Source of the DNA: Octopus vulgaris
Taxonomy: Eukaryota
Assembly: GCA_951406725.2 (NCBI GenBank)
Contig: OX597822.1
Span: 84,320,001-84,384,000, forward strand
Length of the DNA: 64,000 bases
Direction: 5' to 3'
In this document: positions 1-14,000 of the stretch, one piece after another
Layout of the letters: every line of letters begins with the position of its first letter
Position numbering within the stretch: the stretch's first letter is position 1
Translations under genes and position numbers: made by a program
The notes under the pieces: model-generated
Databases searched by the model: none
Told to the model about the DNA's origin: nothing
Seen by the model: only the letters and a program-made list of their open reading frames with translations

Positions 1-110
1 TATATATGTGTGTGTGTGTGTGTGTGTGCGTATGTGCGCTGTGTGTGTGTGTGCGTGCGTGCAGACAGATAGACAGACATATATACATGCATACCTACAT
101 ACATATATGC

Positions 111-168
<58 letters not shown>

Positions 169-219
169 GAATTCTACCCGCCTTTTATATATACATATAT
201 ATATATGAGAGAGAGAGAG
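1..219. repeat. Compound (TG)n/(TA)n/(GA)n microsatellite
   Basis: Direct inspection. Confidence 0.95.
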
Positions 220-530
220 CGATGCTTCCGTCAGCCAATATTATAAAATGTCTTATGTGATATTTATTCCATCATTTTACGTTCCTTCCGGAAGTCGATG
301 AAATGAGGAACCAGTCAAATGTTTGGTTTACAACTTCCACTCCTTCCATTTCTCACATATTGAACCAGAGAACATTCCACTGGGTGAAGGTTTGGGATCG
401 TCGAGAGATTATCCGTGTCTGCACACGGCAACGGCACCACAGAATATCGTGTTTTTAGAAATAAATCAGCGAGGATTATAGATCAGAGATGCGATTTCAT
501 AAAAAGAATGTAGCAATTAAATAAGTCATT

Positions 531-717
531 TACTTGTTTCGGTCAGTTGACAGCGGTCATGCTGGAGCACCGCCTTTAGTCGAGCAAATCGACCCCGGGA
601 CTTATTCTTTGTAAGCCCAGTACTTATTCTATCGGTCTCTTTTGCCGAACCGCTAAGTAACGGGGACGTAAACACACCAGCATCGGTTGTCAAGCAATGC
701 TAGGGGGACAAACACAG

Positions 718-795
<78 letters not shown>

Positions 796-949
796 GACAG
801 GCTTCTTTCAGTTTCCATCTACCAAATCCACTCACAAGGCATTGGTTGACCCGGGGCTATAGCAGAAGACACTTGCCCAAGATGCCACGCAGTGGGACTG
901 AACCCGGAACCATGTGGTTGGTTAGCAAGCTACTTACCACACAGCCACG
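531..949 (-). mobile_element. tRNA-derived SINE (major family, internal (TA)n)
   Basis: Minus-strand head GTGGCTGTGTGGTAAG...GGTTCAGTCCC (A/B-box-like); near-identical to 37477-37851. Further copies at ~11725, 19310, 20105, 24150, 25335, 28528, 32720, 35210, 53945, 55343, 56210, 60530. Confidence 0.85.
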
Positions 950-1119
950 TTGAAATATTTATCTTTGTGGGTGTTAAAAATTTAATTAGTAAATACTTGT
1001 GCTGAAAGGAAAAAGCGAAACATGTTCGAAGTTGTCTTCCCTACGTATCGAAACCGCATTTATCATTAGTAACGGTTATTGAACTAATGTAATTTTTTCC
1101 TCAACACATAATTATTTCC

Positions 1120-2760
1120 AACATACTGTAGTCTCCCCACACGAAGCAAATCATTATTAAAGTGGAAGCACTCCAGAGGTCAATAACAAGTAAGATAGAC
1201 GACATGACAGGCATTGACTATTGGGGTCGACTAAAAAAAAACCTAGTCTCTACACTCTCCAACGCCGCCGGGAGCGCTATATCACTTGTGTGGTATGGAA
1301 AATATTCCATCAATATAGTAGAAATGATGTTGGCATCAATTTTAAAATCCACCCAAGACTTGGCCCTCGTGCTATCCGCCCAAAACAAAAATCGAACTCA
1401 AGATACATAACATAACGACACAACTACTTTACCTCAACTAGTCCAGCTCTCTTTAATATAATAAAATACGTCAAAACGGAAACGGATCCCATAAAATTCA
1501 AAAGTTCACTGGACAAATTTCTCTAAAAAAAATCCCGGACCAACCTCCTACACCCAGATATGTCTCCAACAATAATAACTCTTTGCTAGTATAAAAATAG
1601 TATCACGTGCGGTCGTATCGTATAGGGAATACAATCGCACGCGATCCCATTCTTAATGAGATATTACAGACCATATAATACATACAGCGGCAATAGAACA
1701 CAAGTGGAATGACAACAAGATTTCTTTTTGAGATATATACATTATTTATTTTACATATTTTACAATCATGTTGGTTGGAAGTTTGTAAGTGTTAGCATGT
1801 TTTTGTGTCTGTGTGTTCGTGAGGCATAAAAGGTACTGACCAAAGAAATAACAATGGAATTTGGTTCACAGTTCATGTTGTTGGTATCAGCCTAGCAACA
1901 GGTAGTAGCAGATGGCTTAAGGTAGTTCTTAGAAGAACTAGAACTCAAGACAGATAATTGATTTACCGTTTATGAGGTACACGGAGGGTAAGAGTACCAT
2001 ATCAAGATGTTGCGTCTCGTAGTTGAGATTAATTGAGTCACTTGTTGTGTTTATCTTTCTCTTGATATGAATATACTCCCAGATATATTAACTGTAGCCG
2101 TTTTTCCCGTGGTGAGATTTTCACCTAACCGCTAGAGTTGAATCTGTGGTTGTCTTGTGTACAAATTAAATCTTCGATGTTTGGCGATGAGTTGTGTCTG
2201 TCACTTGGTTTTTGCTGCTTCTTCATCATATATTCTGCTTGGTTATTTTTCTCTTGATATAATGGTGGTCGACTGCCTTTCGAACTGGAACATGGTCGAG
2301 TATGCTCTGTGTGGTCAGAGGTTCGCCCTGAGAAGGACTTGAACCAAAGACAAATATATGTCTGAGAACCCTTCTTTATATAAGGTTCATGTGGCTCAAA
2401 ACGAACTTCAGAAATGGAAAGCTGTGATTGGCTGCTTGGAACAAATGGCGCGAAAATAAGCGGAGGCAAATCGCGTCACGTGACAACCAGCGGTGCGAAC
2501 GTAGTAGAGACCACGTTTCGGCCAATCGAATTAGTGTTTACAACAATGTTAAACTAGCCAAAGATGTTTGTAGTCTCGAAAGAGATTATTCTTAATACTC
2601 TTCTCAAACAGTGAAGATAGCAATGAGTGTAACGATATCGCTACACTAGAATGGGCCATGATGCCCCATATATGACTAAAAGATTTCATCGGGTGGTGCT
2701 ATTAAGTTAGACATGGCCTGGGCCTAAACTGGCCGACGCCTATCGAAGTTATCAAAGTAA
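1120..2760 (+). mobile_element. Decayed CR1-like LINE 3' end, split by an LTR-like insertion
   Basis: EALQRSITSKI...YWGRLK/SLYTLQRRRERY; the frame ...NNSLL continues as EW after 2646, followed by a 3' UTR/tail. Confidence 0.7.
1590..2645 (-). mobile_element. Probable solo LTR
   Basis: Flanked by a CTAG/CTAG 4-bp duplication. Minus strand begins TGTAGCG and has TATA-like and AATAAA signals; other end reads TA instead of CA. Confidence 0.6.
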
Positions 2761-2890
2761 ATGAACAATTAAATATACGATAATTATTTGTTTGCTGGTT
2801 AAATTCGATTGTAGTAAATGTAGACGTAGATATGGAGGAAAGGATATTTTTAAGTATCATAACAGCAGACAGAACAAACGAGACTCTCCT

Positions 2891-3471
2891 CTTTTCTCCT
2901 CTAGGCACAAGGCCCGAAATGTTGGGGGAGGGGGCCAGTCGATTAGATCGACTCCAGTACGCAACTGGTACTTAATTTATCAACCCCGAAAGGATGAAAG
3001 GCAAAGTCGACGTCGGCGGAATTTGAACTCAGAACGTAACGGCAGACGAAATACCTATTTCTTTACTACCCACAAGGGGCTGAACTCAGAGAGGACAAAC
3101 AAGGACAGACAAATGGCTTAAGTCGATTATATCGACCCCAGTGCGTAACTGGTACTTAATTTATAGACCCCGAAAGGATGAAAGGCAAAGTCGACGTCGG
3201 CGGAATTTGAACTCAGAACATAAAGACAGACGAAATACCTATTTCTTTACTACCCACAAGGGGCTGAACACAGAGAGGACAAACAAGGACAGACAAATGG
3301 ATTAAGTCGATTATATCGACCCCAGTGCGTAACTGGTTCTTAATTTATCGACCCCGAAAGGATGAAAGGCAAAGTCGACCTCGGCGGAATTTGAACTCAG
3401 AACGTAACGGCAGACGAAATACGGCTACGCATTTCGCCCGGCGTGCTAACGTTTCTGCCAGTTCGCCGCCT
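2891..3471 (-). mobile_element. Second SINE family with internal ~185-bp tandem multiplication
   Basis: Repeated CCCCGAAAGGATGAAAGGCAAAGTCGAC...GAACTCAGAAC units; related copies at ~23565, 34525, 48637, 49325, 49535. Confidence 0.75.
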
Positions 3472-3889
3472 TATAAGAATATTCTTGTCAACTCTAGACA
3501 CAAGACCCGAAATTTTTTTGGGGGGTGGGGGGACAGTCACACGCGCGCCGCACACATCTCAAAGCAATTAACCGCATTAACAAACGAACGAAACAAACAA
3601 AAACACACAAATACAAAATATAATTCTTTGAATGAAAATCTGGATAAGTTGAAGCAATCGGGAAGAGATTATCAGAAAGCTATTTCTTGGAGAAATAAAT
3701 ATATATCTATGACATATTTAAGATATTTCAATATTTAATTATATATTTTATGAATAATATATTTCAAATATTTCTAGAGTACTTGTATTGTTTCTTTTAC
3801 ATGTAAAATATACACATTTTACAAATTTAATGCATTACGGCAATAATAAGCTGTCTGATTTTTTAAAACAAAATCCGGATTCACTTAAC

Positions 3890-4335
3890 ATATACGCATA
3901 CATACATACATACATACATACATACATACATACATACATACATACATACATACATACATACATACATACATACATACATACATACATACATACATACATA
4001 CATACATACATACATACATACATACAAACAAAAATACCCTGTTGTTGATGTTGAATTTCCAATGAAGGAACCTTGGATCTAGGTTAGAAACCGGTTCTTT
4101 CACTATTGGCAAGAAATCTTGAAATAAAGTGAATAATGACATACGTACGTACGTACGTACGCACACACACATACATCCATACATGCATACATACATACAT
4201 ACATACATACATACATACATACATACATACATACATACATACATACATACATACAAACGCATGTAAACATATACGTGCACACACACACATACATACGTAC
4301 ATACATACACACGCACATACACACACATACATCCA
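3890..4335. repeat. (CATA)n microsatellite interrupted by a 110-bp repeat
   Basis: Direct inspection. Confidence 0.95.
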
Positions 4336-4429
4336 TCCCTTCATACAGTCCCCCAGGCCCAACACCAACGCATCACCGGCCTCACTGTCTTTCCTGTTCC
4401 CCACAAGCAATGTTACAAGTACCTAGGCA

Positions 4430-5685
4430 TTGATGAAAGCGTATCATATAAATGTGCTGTGAATTAAGATAGACTGACCCGAAAATATTCCACCAGACCT
4501 GGGAAAATACGGCAGTCGGAACTCTCCTCTTACAACAAAATAATATTCCACAATGTATTTACGGTACCAGAGCCGATTCCAACATTTGGGATGCTTGACT
4601 GGTCTGCAGAGATAATCTACTCCACGCATTAAAATCTGCAAGATCCTGAACGGATAAACAGTGATATTGAGAGATCCTACCTAAGAAGTGTGTAGATGCT
4701 TGAGATCAATGCAGACAGCTTTCGAATGTCATAAAGTGCTTCTTTCAGACAACACTTGCTAAACCGCAGCAAAGAAATAAATACATTGTTAATGTTGAAA
4801 AGGTGAAGAAAACAACACCTTACATATTTGCTTGAACCCTTCAGGTATTCTCTTCTTGATTACCTTTCATACAACCCCAAGACAACTGGATTAGCATTCC
4901 ACAAAAAAGACCCGGATATGTAACGCTCAACATACAAAAATAAAGGCTAAGCATGAATATGTCTCCCGAAGACTTGAAGAAGACAGTAACATTGACATGA
5001 AGCGAAGCTTCTCTAGGACTCGTGACCTCTACATCACGTCACACTTTAGAGGTCATGCATTTGTTATCAACGAACAGGAGATTGCTAAGGATTGTGAAGC
5101 AAACAAAAGAAACAGTGAAACTCTTGGAGTTCCAAGATGCAACTGTAGATGTAGATTGTGTTATATTTCTGTGAAAGACTTCACAAACGTGGCTAACAAC
5201 TTCTCAAGAATGTCATCAAGGAACTACTTCTCTCTGTGACTTGACTTTGTCACAAAAACAATATACAATGCCATTCGGGAAAAAAGACCGTCTTGGAATA
5301 GATATTGAGAATCCCACTGTTATTCAATACTGGTGGAACATTCCATCAAACCATCTGTCGCGTGTAAACCTAACAGGTCAGATATTGTTATTTGGGACTA
5401 ACGAGAAAAAGTATGTTCTGTCATAGAAGTCAGCTGTCGTTTGAAAATCGAAGAGAAAGAGAATAACTATGGACAACGTCTTTGAAACTTTCAGCTTCTA
5501 TAATCCAGATTATAATTTCAAATTTATACCAATAAGAACTGGTGCCCGTGGTTTTGTGAGTAAACGAATTACGTGACAAGCTAGATTCACCAGGGTTTTC
5601 AGAACAAGGAAATCAACCAAACTGATTCACATATTACAAATACAATCTGTAAGTGGAACAGTCAAAATATACAAGACTTTCCTTA
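4430..5685 (+). mobile_element. Decayed RLE non-LTR retrotransposon (R4/Dong/NeSL-like) 3' part
   Basis: Broken frames give CRLC...(CCHC knuckle region), CKPNRSDIVIWD..VIEVSC...EKENNYG, FIPIRTGARG and SGTVKIYKTFL. Confidence 0.62.
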
Positions 5686-5924
5686 TACATACACGCATAC
5701 ACACATAAAAACATAGATACACACATACAAAGATGCATTCATACATGCTTACATGCGCGCATACATACATACACACACATGCACACACACACATACATAC
5801 ATACACTCACATGCACACATACATACATGCATACATACATACATACATACATACAAACATACATACATACATACATACATACATACATACATACATACAT
5901 ACATACATACATACATACATACAT
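5686..5924. repeat. (CATA)n/(CA)n microsatellite
   Basis: Direct inspection. Confidence 0.95.
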
Positions 5925-6290
5925 GGTGGTTGTCTACTTCTTACGCAGAGTTTGACCACCTCCACCTTAGAACCATCATGGCATCTGATGTGGCTTTTTA
6001 AACCAGACAATGTTTTGAAAAGATACCCACATATATTGCACATCCTATTTGGACCACCAAGAGCTGCAAATAAGTTTTGATCTTTGTGAATCTTAAAATG
6101 TCTTTTGAGGCCTCTGTTGGATTTGCAAACCTTTTGGCATACACTGCATATAGTCACAGACATTGGTGCACAGACATATAGGCAGAATAGTTGGTGGAGG
6201 TTCGTTTTCCATGGGTTCACAGATGAGATTTGAGCCCAGCAAAAGACAGGCATGGTCTGTCACAGACTGTGCACACAAAAAGATCATTGA
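5925..6290 (-). mobile_element. LINE 3' end (RTE-like) with two C2H2 fingers and (GTAT)n tail
   Basis: CSVCQKVCKSNRGLKRHFKIH and CNICGYLFKTLSGLKSHIRCH just before a short UTR and tandem tail. Confidence 0.55.
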
Positions 6291-6344
6291 CATTCAAGAG
6301 AGAGAAAGAAAAAAGAGAAAAAAAAAAAAACAATTGACTACCTT

Positions 6345-6665
6345 AAGTTAAAAAGTTGAGGGCGCTGAGAAACCTCTCTAATGGCTATTGAAGCACGCCA
6401 GCACGCTTGCAGCATTGCCGAGAGTGATGGCGAGGTTGATGCGCTGGAACAGCCAAGCGCCTCATGGGCCTTACCATTTACCTCTGCTAGGCGAGTTGCC
6501 AGTGAAGACAGGAATCTCGCAGTTAGTGACCCAACCCCACAAAATGTCTCCAAAGTCACAGGATGGAAAATGTAGTTGGCCGACAGATCGCGATATTTCA
6601 GGATTTTGTTCCGCTCAGCTGCAGAATCTGTGGATCTCACCCTGTCCGCTGCATCCAGGATGTGA
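6345..6665 (-). mobile_element. CRE-clade-like RLE retrotransposon C-terminal fragment
   Basis: AAERNKILKYRDLSANYIFHPVTLETF...FLSSLATRL, then frameshifted AWLFQRINLAITLGNAASVL. Confidence 0.65.
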
Positions 6666-7941
6666 GAAGAAAAATTACCTTGTTTTTTTTTTTTTTTTTC
6701 TTTTGTAGTGCAGCCCGTCTGATGATGATGATGATTCATGTCTTATGCAGCCTGCTTCTTGGCAAATTTCGACCCCCACCTGATCTAAATTATGTTCTCT
6801 ATATATGAAGCCCTGTGCAATGTTTGAAATTATATATGCGTGTTGCAGATAAACAATATCTTCAATATTCATATCTATAAAATTGTAATATATTTTATAT
6901 GGAAACTCATTTATACTAACCACAGGCAATATATGCAGTGAGTATATGTTAAATAAAATTTATATAATATAGTGTATGCGTATTTCTGTTAAGAGGACAC
7001 GTTATAATGATGTTCATACCTGTATGGACTACAAACTACGTTTAAACTTGACAAAATTATACTACTTTTGATAAATGAACTTTGATTATGGCCTAGTCTG
7101 ACAATAAATAATGTGTCTTAACCATTCTGTATGAAATGATATATTGAATGCATGTTTTGTCGATGCCTTTATCAAATACCAATTTCTACTGATTTCATTA
7201 AAAGTACTGTCGTTTTTTACAGCACAGGTATCCTAGTTCTTAATATAAACTTGGTAAATAAGTGTACAGAAGTACGTGATGATTTTCTTGCGGTCTAAAT
7301 TATTTATATTGAGAAGCTAAAATGTCTTTGTTTTCTAATGTCATAGTATTTTCATTCGCACTAAATTGTGCTGCGTTTGAAGAACTGTTTCGAAACCATG
7401 ATTTAAGTTCTACCAGTTGATTTGCATGGAGAAAACATGGTCCAGGGGAGGTAACTCTTACAAAACTCTTTTAACAACTTCAAGTCCGACGATCTGACAT
7501 CGTAACTTGGTTCTGTTCCTGTCTTAAAATAAAACTGGAGAGCATATTAAATAATGCAATCAAATGCCTGTAATAAATATGGAATAGAGATAGCTAGAAT
7601 GCTTTTCATCATAGGTCTACTCATTCAGGACTGACCTGCGACTAAAACATTTCTGTAAAGACAATAAAACGTATTAAACCTAAACATTCTCCTAGTCTCC
7701 TCTGCTGTGAAGAATGGAACCCCTGAAGTACGTCTATAAATTAACGAAGAAAAAGAAAAACAAGAAACTAAAAAGCAAATTAATGTAAAACGTAATTTGT
7801 ATTAAATGAATGATATATACTGCATGAGCGGGAGCGGAATATATTACCACGAGAGAATAAGTTCAGTTGACACCGGTATAAATTGCAACATGGTTTCTCG
7901 ATGTGGACAATTTTATTAAATGCGAAGTTTTTATTTCCAAA

Positions 7942-8007
7942 ATGCAATTTTCTTACGCCAATGAAGTGAAAATATACAATTTGAGTGCAGGGAAATCCCT
8001 TCCTGAG
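7942..8007 (+). CDS. NOL10: NOL10 exon 1
   Basis: ATG...[22 protein letters not shown]|gtaaat. Confidence 0.93.
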
Positions 8008-11000
8008 GTAAATCATTATATAAGTTTGTTTTTTTTTCTTTGAGTTTACTTGGATATCATTTATGTCAAGCTTTCGTCTCATTCACGTGGTGTTATTTCA
8101 AAATAACTTTATTTAACTTTCTTTCGTTCTTCGGTTTCGATCGATTTTTAGAAAGAGATTCGAATTTAAAGAAATACATTGAATTGAAATATGATTATAT
8201 TATTACAACTGTATTATATAATCAAATTGGGAAAACATAATTACTGGTTATTTATTCCTAAAATCTCCGGTTCTGTAACAAATGTACATGTTTTTACTCC
8301 AGGATTTCTCATTCAGAATGGATTGCTGATTATAAGGATGGATAATTAATGAAATAACAACAAAACAAAAACAAATCCGCCTGCTATTGAAACTAATTGG
8401 CAAACTGTAATCACTTGAAATTTCTATTAAGTACATTCATTATAGGTGATGAGATTAGAACCCAAATACCTTAACACACTGCTTTCCATCATCATGTCTC
8501 GCGTGTGTTTGTATGTGCTATGTATATTCTTTCAACCCTTCGGAGTTGATGAAGTAGCAGTCCAGCGCAGTGAAATGGCGGAATTGTTTGATGGGTTAAG
8601 TCTTGTGGAATCAACTCTGGCTCTTTGCTTTCTAAGTTCAAATTCTGCTTAGGTGCTAAATGGCAGGGCCAGTCACTACGAACATAGGTATATCCCATGT
8701 AACTGTAAATGGCTAGTGTGGAGAATGAGGAACTACAAGTAGCATGGATAAGCGATGAACAGCATTTTGAAGCTTTCATCCAACAGTAGATCAACAAACC
8801 TTGAACAGAAGGCTCATATTTTCTGTGATCACCAGTACTGACCTGGGACTAAATAGCAACAAACGTTGTTATTTACAAGGTTTCTTTTATTGACAAATGT
8901 GAAATGTAAGATACATTTTGAAAATATGTCAACATCTCATTATTAGCTAATGTTTTTGGTAACTTTTCAGTTCTCTTTTATTTTCATTTCCAGTGGCTCA
9001 CAGACAGAAAGAAACGAGAGTTACAGAAAAATGATCTTGGTATGAATTTTTATCTTCTCAGACATTTCCATCATGGTTGTTTATTTGGTGCCACCTGTTC
9101 CCAGAGTTGGCTCTTCATTCACTCAACACCTTAGATATCATAGGGGTTTACTTGATCAGAGCTAAGGAACAATATCAGTAGGGATCAGTGTAAAAGTTTC
9201 GATGTGATTGGTCAACCTGCTAAAAGTCATACACCATCTTTAAAAAAAATAAATAAATATGGGAGATACATTGGATGATGTAGTCCTTGATAGACTATGA
9301 CTTAGGAACAGACAGCAGAAATAGTTGTGAGATCACAATTGAAACACCTTTGGTAATCGATCTGTTTAATCAAGGTTCACCTTAGACTAAGCAGCATAAG
9401 TATGACTGGTGTTGTTACCATGACAACGGCATTTAACTCGAAAAAAGAGAATTTGCTATCAACAAAATTTACAGTTAAACAAGTTATGAGTGTTTATTGC
9501 CAATAACATTCTGGACCAGTAACTGTATACTTCAAAGAATTAATTTCAACAATCGAACCGTCCAACCCATGCTAGCATGGAAAGCGGACGTTAAATGATG
9601 ATGATGATGATGATTAAACAGATATGGCCAGTTTAAATCCTAAAGAGTTTTTAAAAAGAGGGTGGGGTATCAAAGCAATCCCTAAATCAACCCCCTTTTC
9701 ATACACAACTGTTGTCTATGATAGACAGTTCAACTACTACAACTCACTATCTGCTAGAAGTGGAAGATATCAAAAAGAATCCTTGACCCACCTTATATTC
9801 AGGCAGTATTTTGTGTCACCAAGGAAGCTCTGTCTGATCTCTGACTTGTTAGAAATAGTATTGAAGCCTCTCTCAAATCATGCCATTCTAGACAACAACA
9901 CATTAGAGAATATGGTCCTGTATACCTCTCAAAAAATAGACTGGATGGTCGTGACTGGGACTCTTTTGGTTATAGTCTGTTTGATCAGAACTGATCTGAA
10001 GCTATACAGCAACATGAAACATTTACCAAGTTAGAGACATCATCATCATCGTCGTCATCGTTTAACGTCTGCTTTCCATGCTGGCATGGGTTGGACAGTT
10101 TGATTGAGGACTGGCAAGCCAGGAGACTGCACCAGGCTCCAATCTGATCTGGCAAAGTTTGTACAGCTGGATGCCCTTTCTAACACCAACCACTACAAGA
10201 GTGTAGTGGGTGCTTTTTACATGCCTCAGGCGGCATTGGCATCGGTCATGCTCAGTGAATAACAAATACTTCTATAAAACTCTTTACAGAGTGAATGAAG
10301 ATGTTAATCACTTTCTTTTGATAATTCTTCTTTAGGCGCCATGTTCCGAAAGTGAGTCATAGGTGATCATATCCTGGCACTATTCCCTATTCTTTGTTTT
10401 CTGTCACAGCCTCTTTCTTCCAAGTCAAGCTTCTCCTTCCTCTGTTTCCCTTCCCTTCAGTATTTCCAATCATCACTAAATTCTCCAGGTCCTCTTTCCT
10501 CATCACATAACTAAGAAATCTCATTTGCTTGGCCGTTATCTCTCAAAGTAATTTTCTATTTGATAATTATATGCCTTAATTCTTTCTTTGTCTTATTAGA
10601 TATACGTCAACGAATTGAGTTAATCCAGGATTTTGAAATGCCATCTCTGAGCTCAACTATCAGTGTTACACCAGATGGCAACAATATTTATGTCACAGGT
10701 TAGTAAACAACAGTTTCTTTGCTTACAGACTTTAAGATGTGAGTATATGGCTGAGAGGACAAAGAAGGAGTTTGGGTGACCTGTGTTTCCATATATTCTC
10801 TGTCTTTTTAGCATCACTCACAAGGCTTGTGTTGACATGAAGCTGTAGTAAAGATACTTGCCCAACATACCAGCCAGCTGCAGGATTGATCCAAAGACCT
10901 TATGGTTGCAAGGCGAACTTCTTAAATGCCACTTGCCTGGCATGGGATTAAGATGCTTTGATCTTTCCCTTGATTTTGAGCAGCTTGTGTCATGTCATCT

Positions 11001-14000
11001 GTGAGGATCAACATTTTCAAATCCAAAAGATAATGTTTATATCCAAACTGACATGGATGCCTTGTTAGAACACCAAATATTGCATTCTTAACCTTGAGAG
11101 ATCATCTCGTTTAGGTGCTTGGTGTATAAAAAGCATGTCTGAAAAGATGCTGGTATTCTATATATCATGGCAGTGAGATTTGCCTGGCATTAGGTGATCA
11201 GTACTCTCGACTGAAGAAGTCCGGTAGACTGAAATCACATGATATGGGAATTCCGATGCCCATGACAGAGGGATTTCGTCTGCTGTGATCTATGTTCCAA
11301 GTACCTGTATGAGAGGATCTCTCAAGACTAATAACACAGGATTCGTGTTCTAACAAGGTCTCCATGTTAAGTTGGCTAGAAAGATTACCTTTTTGTATTA
11401 ACACTGCTTCCATCATTAATAATTAATTTTCAGCACATTAAAAGCACCCAACACACACTGTAAAGTGTTAGGAAAGGCATCCAGCTGTAGAAACCAAGCC
11501 AGATCAGACTGGAACCTGGTGCAGCTCTCCAGCTCTGGTCAAGCTGTCCAACCCATGCCAGCATGGGAAACAGACGTTAAAGGATGATGTTGATGATGAT
11601 GATGATGAATGTATACTACAAAAATAAAAACATGACTTGACACTTTTAATCTCTAGGTTCATTTTCAATTCATTTGAAGTCAGTCAATTCTTCACTTTTT
11701 ACATTTTGGTCAATTCATCCTTCAGGTGCAGGCATCGTTGTGTGAGAAGTAGTTTGCTTCCAACCACATGGTTCCGAGTTCAGTCTTACTGCATGGCACC
11801 TTGGGCAAATGTTTTCTACTATAGCCTCAGGTTCCTTATGAGTGGATTTGGTAGATGGAAACTGAAAAAAGCCCATCATATATATGTTTATGGGTGTGTG
11901 TGTGTGTGTGCCCTTGTGTCTGTGTTGGTCCCACAACTGCCATTTGGCAACTAGCCTTGATGTGTTTACATCCCCATAAGTTAGTGGTTTGGTAAAAGAG
12001 GCTGATAGAACATGGCCACAGTCTAATCACTGAAACAAGTGAAAGATGAAAGATATCTCAACCCACACATGTGGTTTAACCATGTATTTATGATTTGGTG
12101 AAATGTTAGAAGAATGCCAAGATATATTTTACATTATGTTGTCTCATTCCCCTAAACTTCAAATTCGAATTTTGCCAGTTTCAACTTTCAGCTTTAATCT
12201 CTTTTAAATTGATTTTTTTTTTAAAGAACAATACCAGTAATATACTGGAGCCATTTTATGGGTAAATAAAAATACTCTTTCTGTGGAAACAAGTAAATTA
12301 ATGAGATCATACGAGGGTGAGGCAAAAAGTAATACCATTTTGTTTGGGACAAGTATAATTACCAACACAGGAACATTTATCATACATTAAAATGAAGCTG
12401 GTCCTCTGTGGATCACATCCCTACTTCGCAACATAGTCACCGTTTCTCTCAAAAGCAGTGTTTCACCTTCGAGTGAGAGCATGTATCCCTGCCCCATAAA
12501 ATTCTGTTGACTGTTCTTTGAGCCACTTCTTCACTACCTCCACACTCACCAGATTTAGTGCCTTCAGACTATCATCTCTTCGGCCCCATGAAAGAGGGTT
12601 TGAGAGGCAAACATTTTTCCAGTGACGAGGAAGTGAAAACTGTAGTGAAGAATTGGCTCAAAGAACAGTCAACAGAATTTTATGGTGCAGGGATACATGC
12701 TCTCATTCGAAGGTGGAACATTGCTATTGAGAGAAATGGTGACTATGTTGAGAAGTAGGGATGTGATTAACAGAGGACCAGCTTCATTTTGATGTATGAA
12801 ACATGTTCCTGAATTGGTAATTATATCTGTCCTAAACAAAATGCTTTTACTTTTTGACTCACCCTTGCATTTTAGCTACTAGATTACTGTCGTTTGAAAT
12901 CTCTGTAACCCAGCCATACAAATTTAGAAGGAAAATTAGTAAGAATTCAGATCTGATGTCTATTTAAACAATACACCTAATTCTAAGCACTTAACTGTCA
13001 GTAATAAACTATTTTGGAATTTATTTGTGGCTGATTAATGGATACATGGAACTTGGTTAAGCCCCCACCATTCTAGTTATTGAAAATATTTACATGTGTC
13101 TTTTTATTTCATTAACCTTGTTTGTGTTGCAGGTTCTTATAAGCCCCGTGTCCATTGCTATGACCTTACAAATCTCTCATTGAAATTTGAACGAGGCTTA
13201 GACAGAGAAGTCATAAAAACAAAAGTACTTTCTGAAGATTTTTCTAAGGTAATGGCTTAGATTTTTTTTTTTTTAATATATATTTCTAATGTGTTTCGGT
13301 TAACTTTGGATATTATTAGGAATTTGAAGGATTTAATAAAATAACTTCACCATTATTATGCTACTGTGTGGAACATAACAAAACACTTTCCCATAAAACT
13401 TGGATGGAATGTTTTGATTTAAATGGAAATGCTTTGAAGCAAGAGTATTTCTATCCTAGAACCAACAGTGCTCTGAAAAGACTTTTAAACATTTTTCAGG
13501 ACTTTATTGAAATTTTCTTGAATTGAAATTCATGTAGACTAGCAGAGGAGAGTGGGAGAGGTTGAGAAAAAGCTGATTGTATTGGATTATATAGTCTTAG
13601 GTAAATTGCATCTGGAGCAAAAACAAAGACAGGATGGTCACAGTTGGAATTATCAGAACTGAAAAATTATGTTGGTGACACAAAATGAAGTTCCCTTTCA
13701 TTTATTCTTGTAGTTGACTGGATCAATTATCGAACACTATTTATTTAAAGACTTTTGTAAGGTCCTCCTTATTTTAGTTCCAAAATAGAAAGTCATACAG
13801 GAATCTTTTCCAGTTTCCTATTAAATAGGATTGAAAATGTTGATCAAAAGTAATTCCAAACACTGTACAGATTTTCTTCTTCCACGAATCCCATTACTGT
13901 ACCTTGTACTTGTAGGTGATATCGGTTATCAAAGAAGTAGTGGCTGTTTTCAAGTACCAGTCATAACCCTTCAAGCATAAATTCTTTTCTGGACATCCCG

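Noticed and set aside
6-260. ORFs rich in YI/CV/HT repeats (also 3788-4426, 5653-6080, 32810-33260)
   Set aside because: Translations of dinucleotide and tetranucleotide microsatellites
5960-6165. Cellular C2H2 zinc-finger gene
   Set aside because: No TGEKP linkers or splice structure; sits at a LINE-like 3' end with a tandem tail
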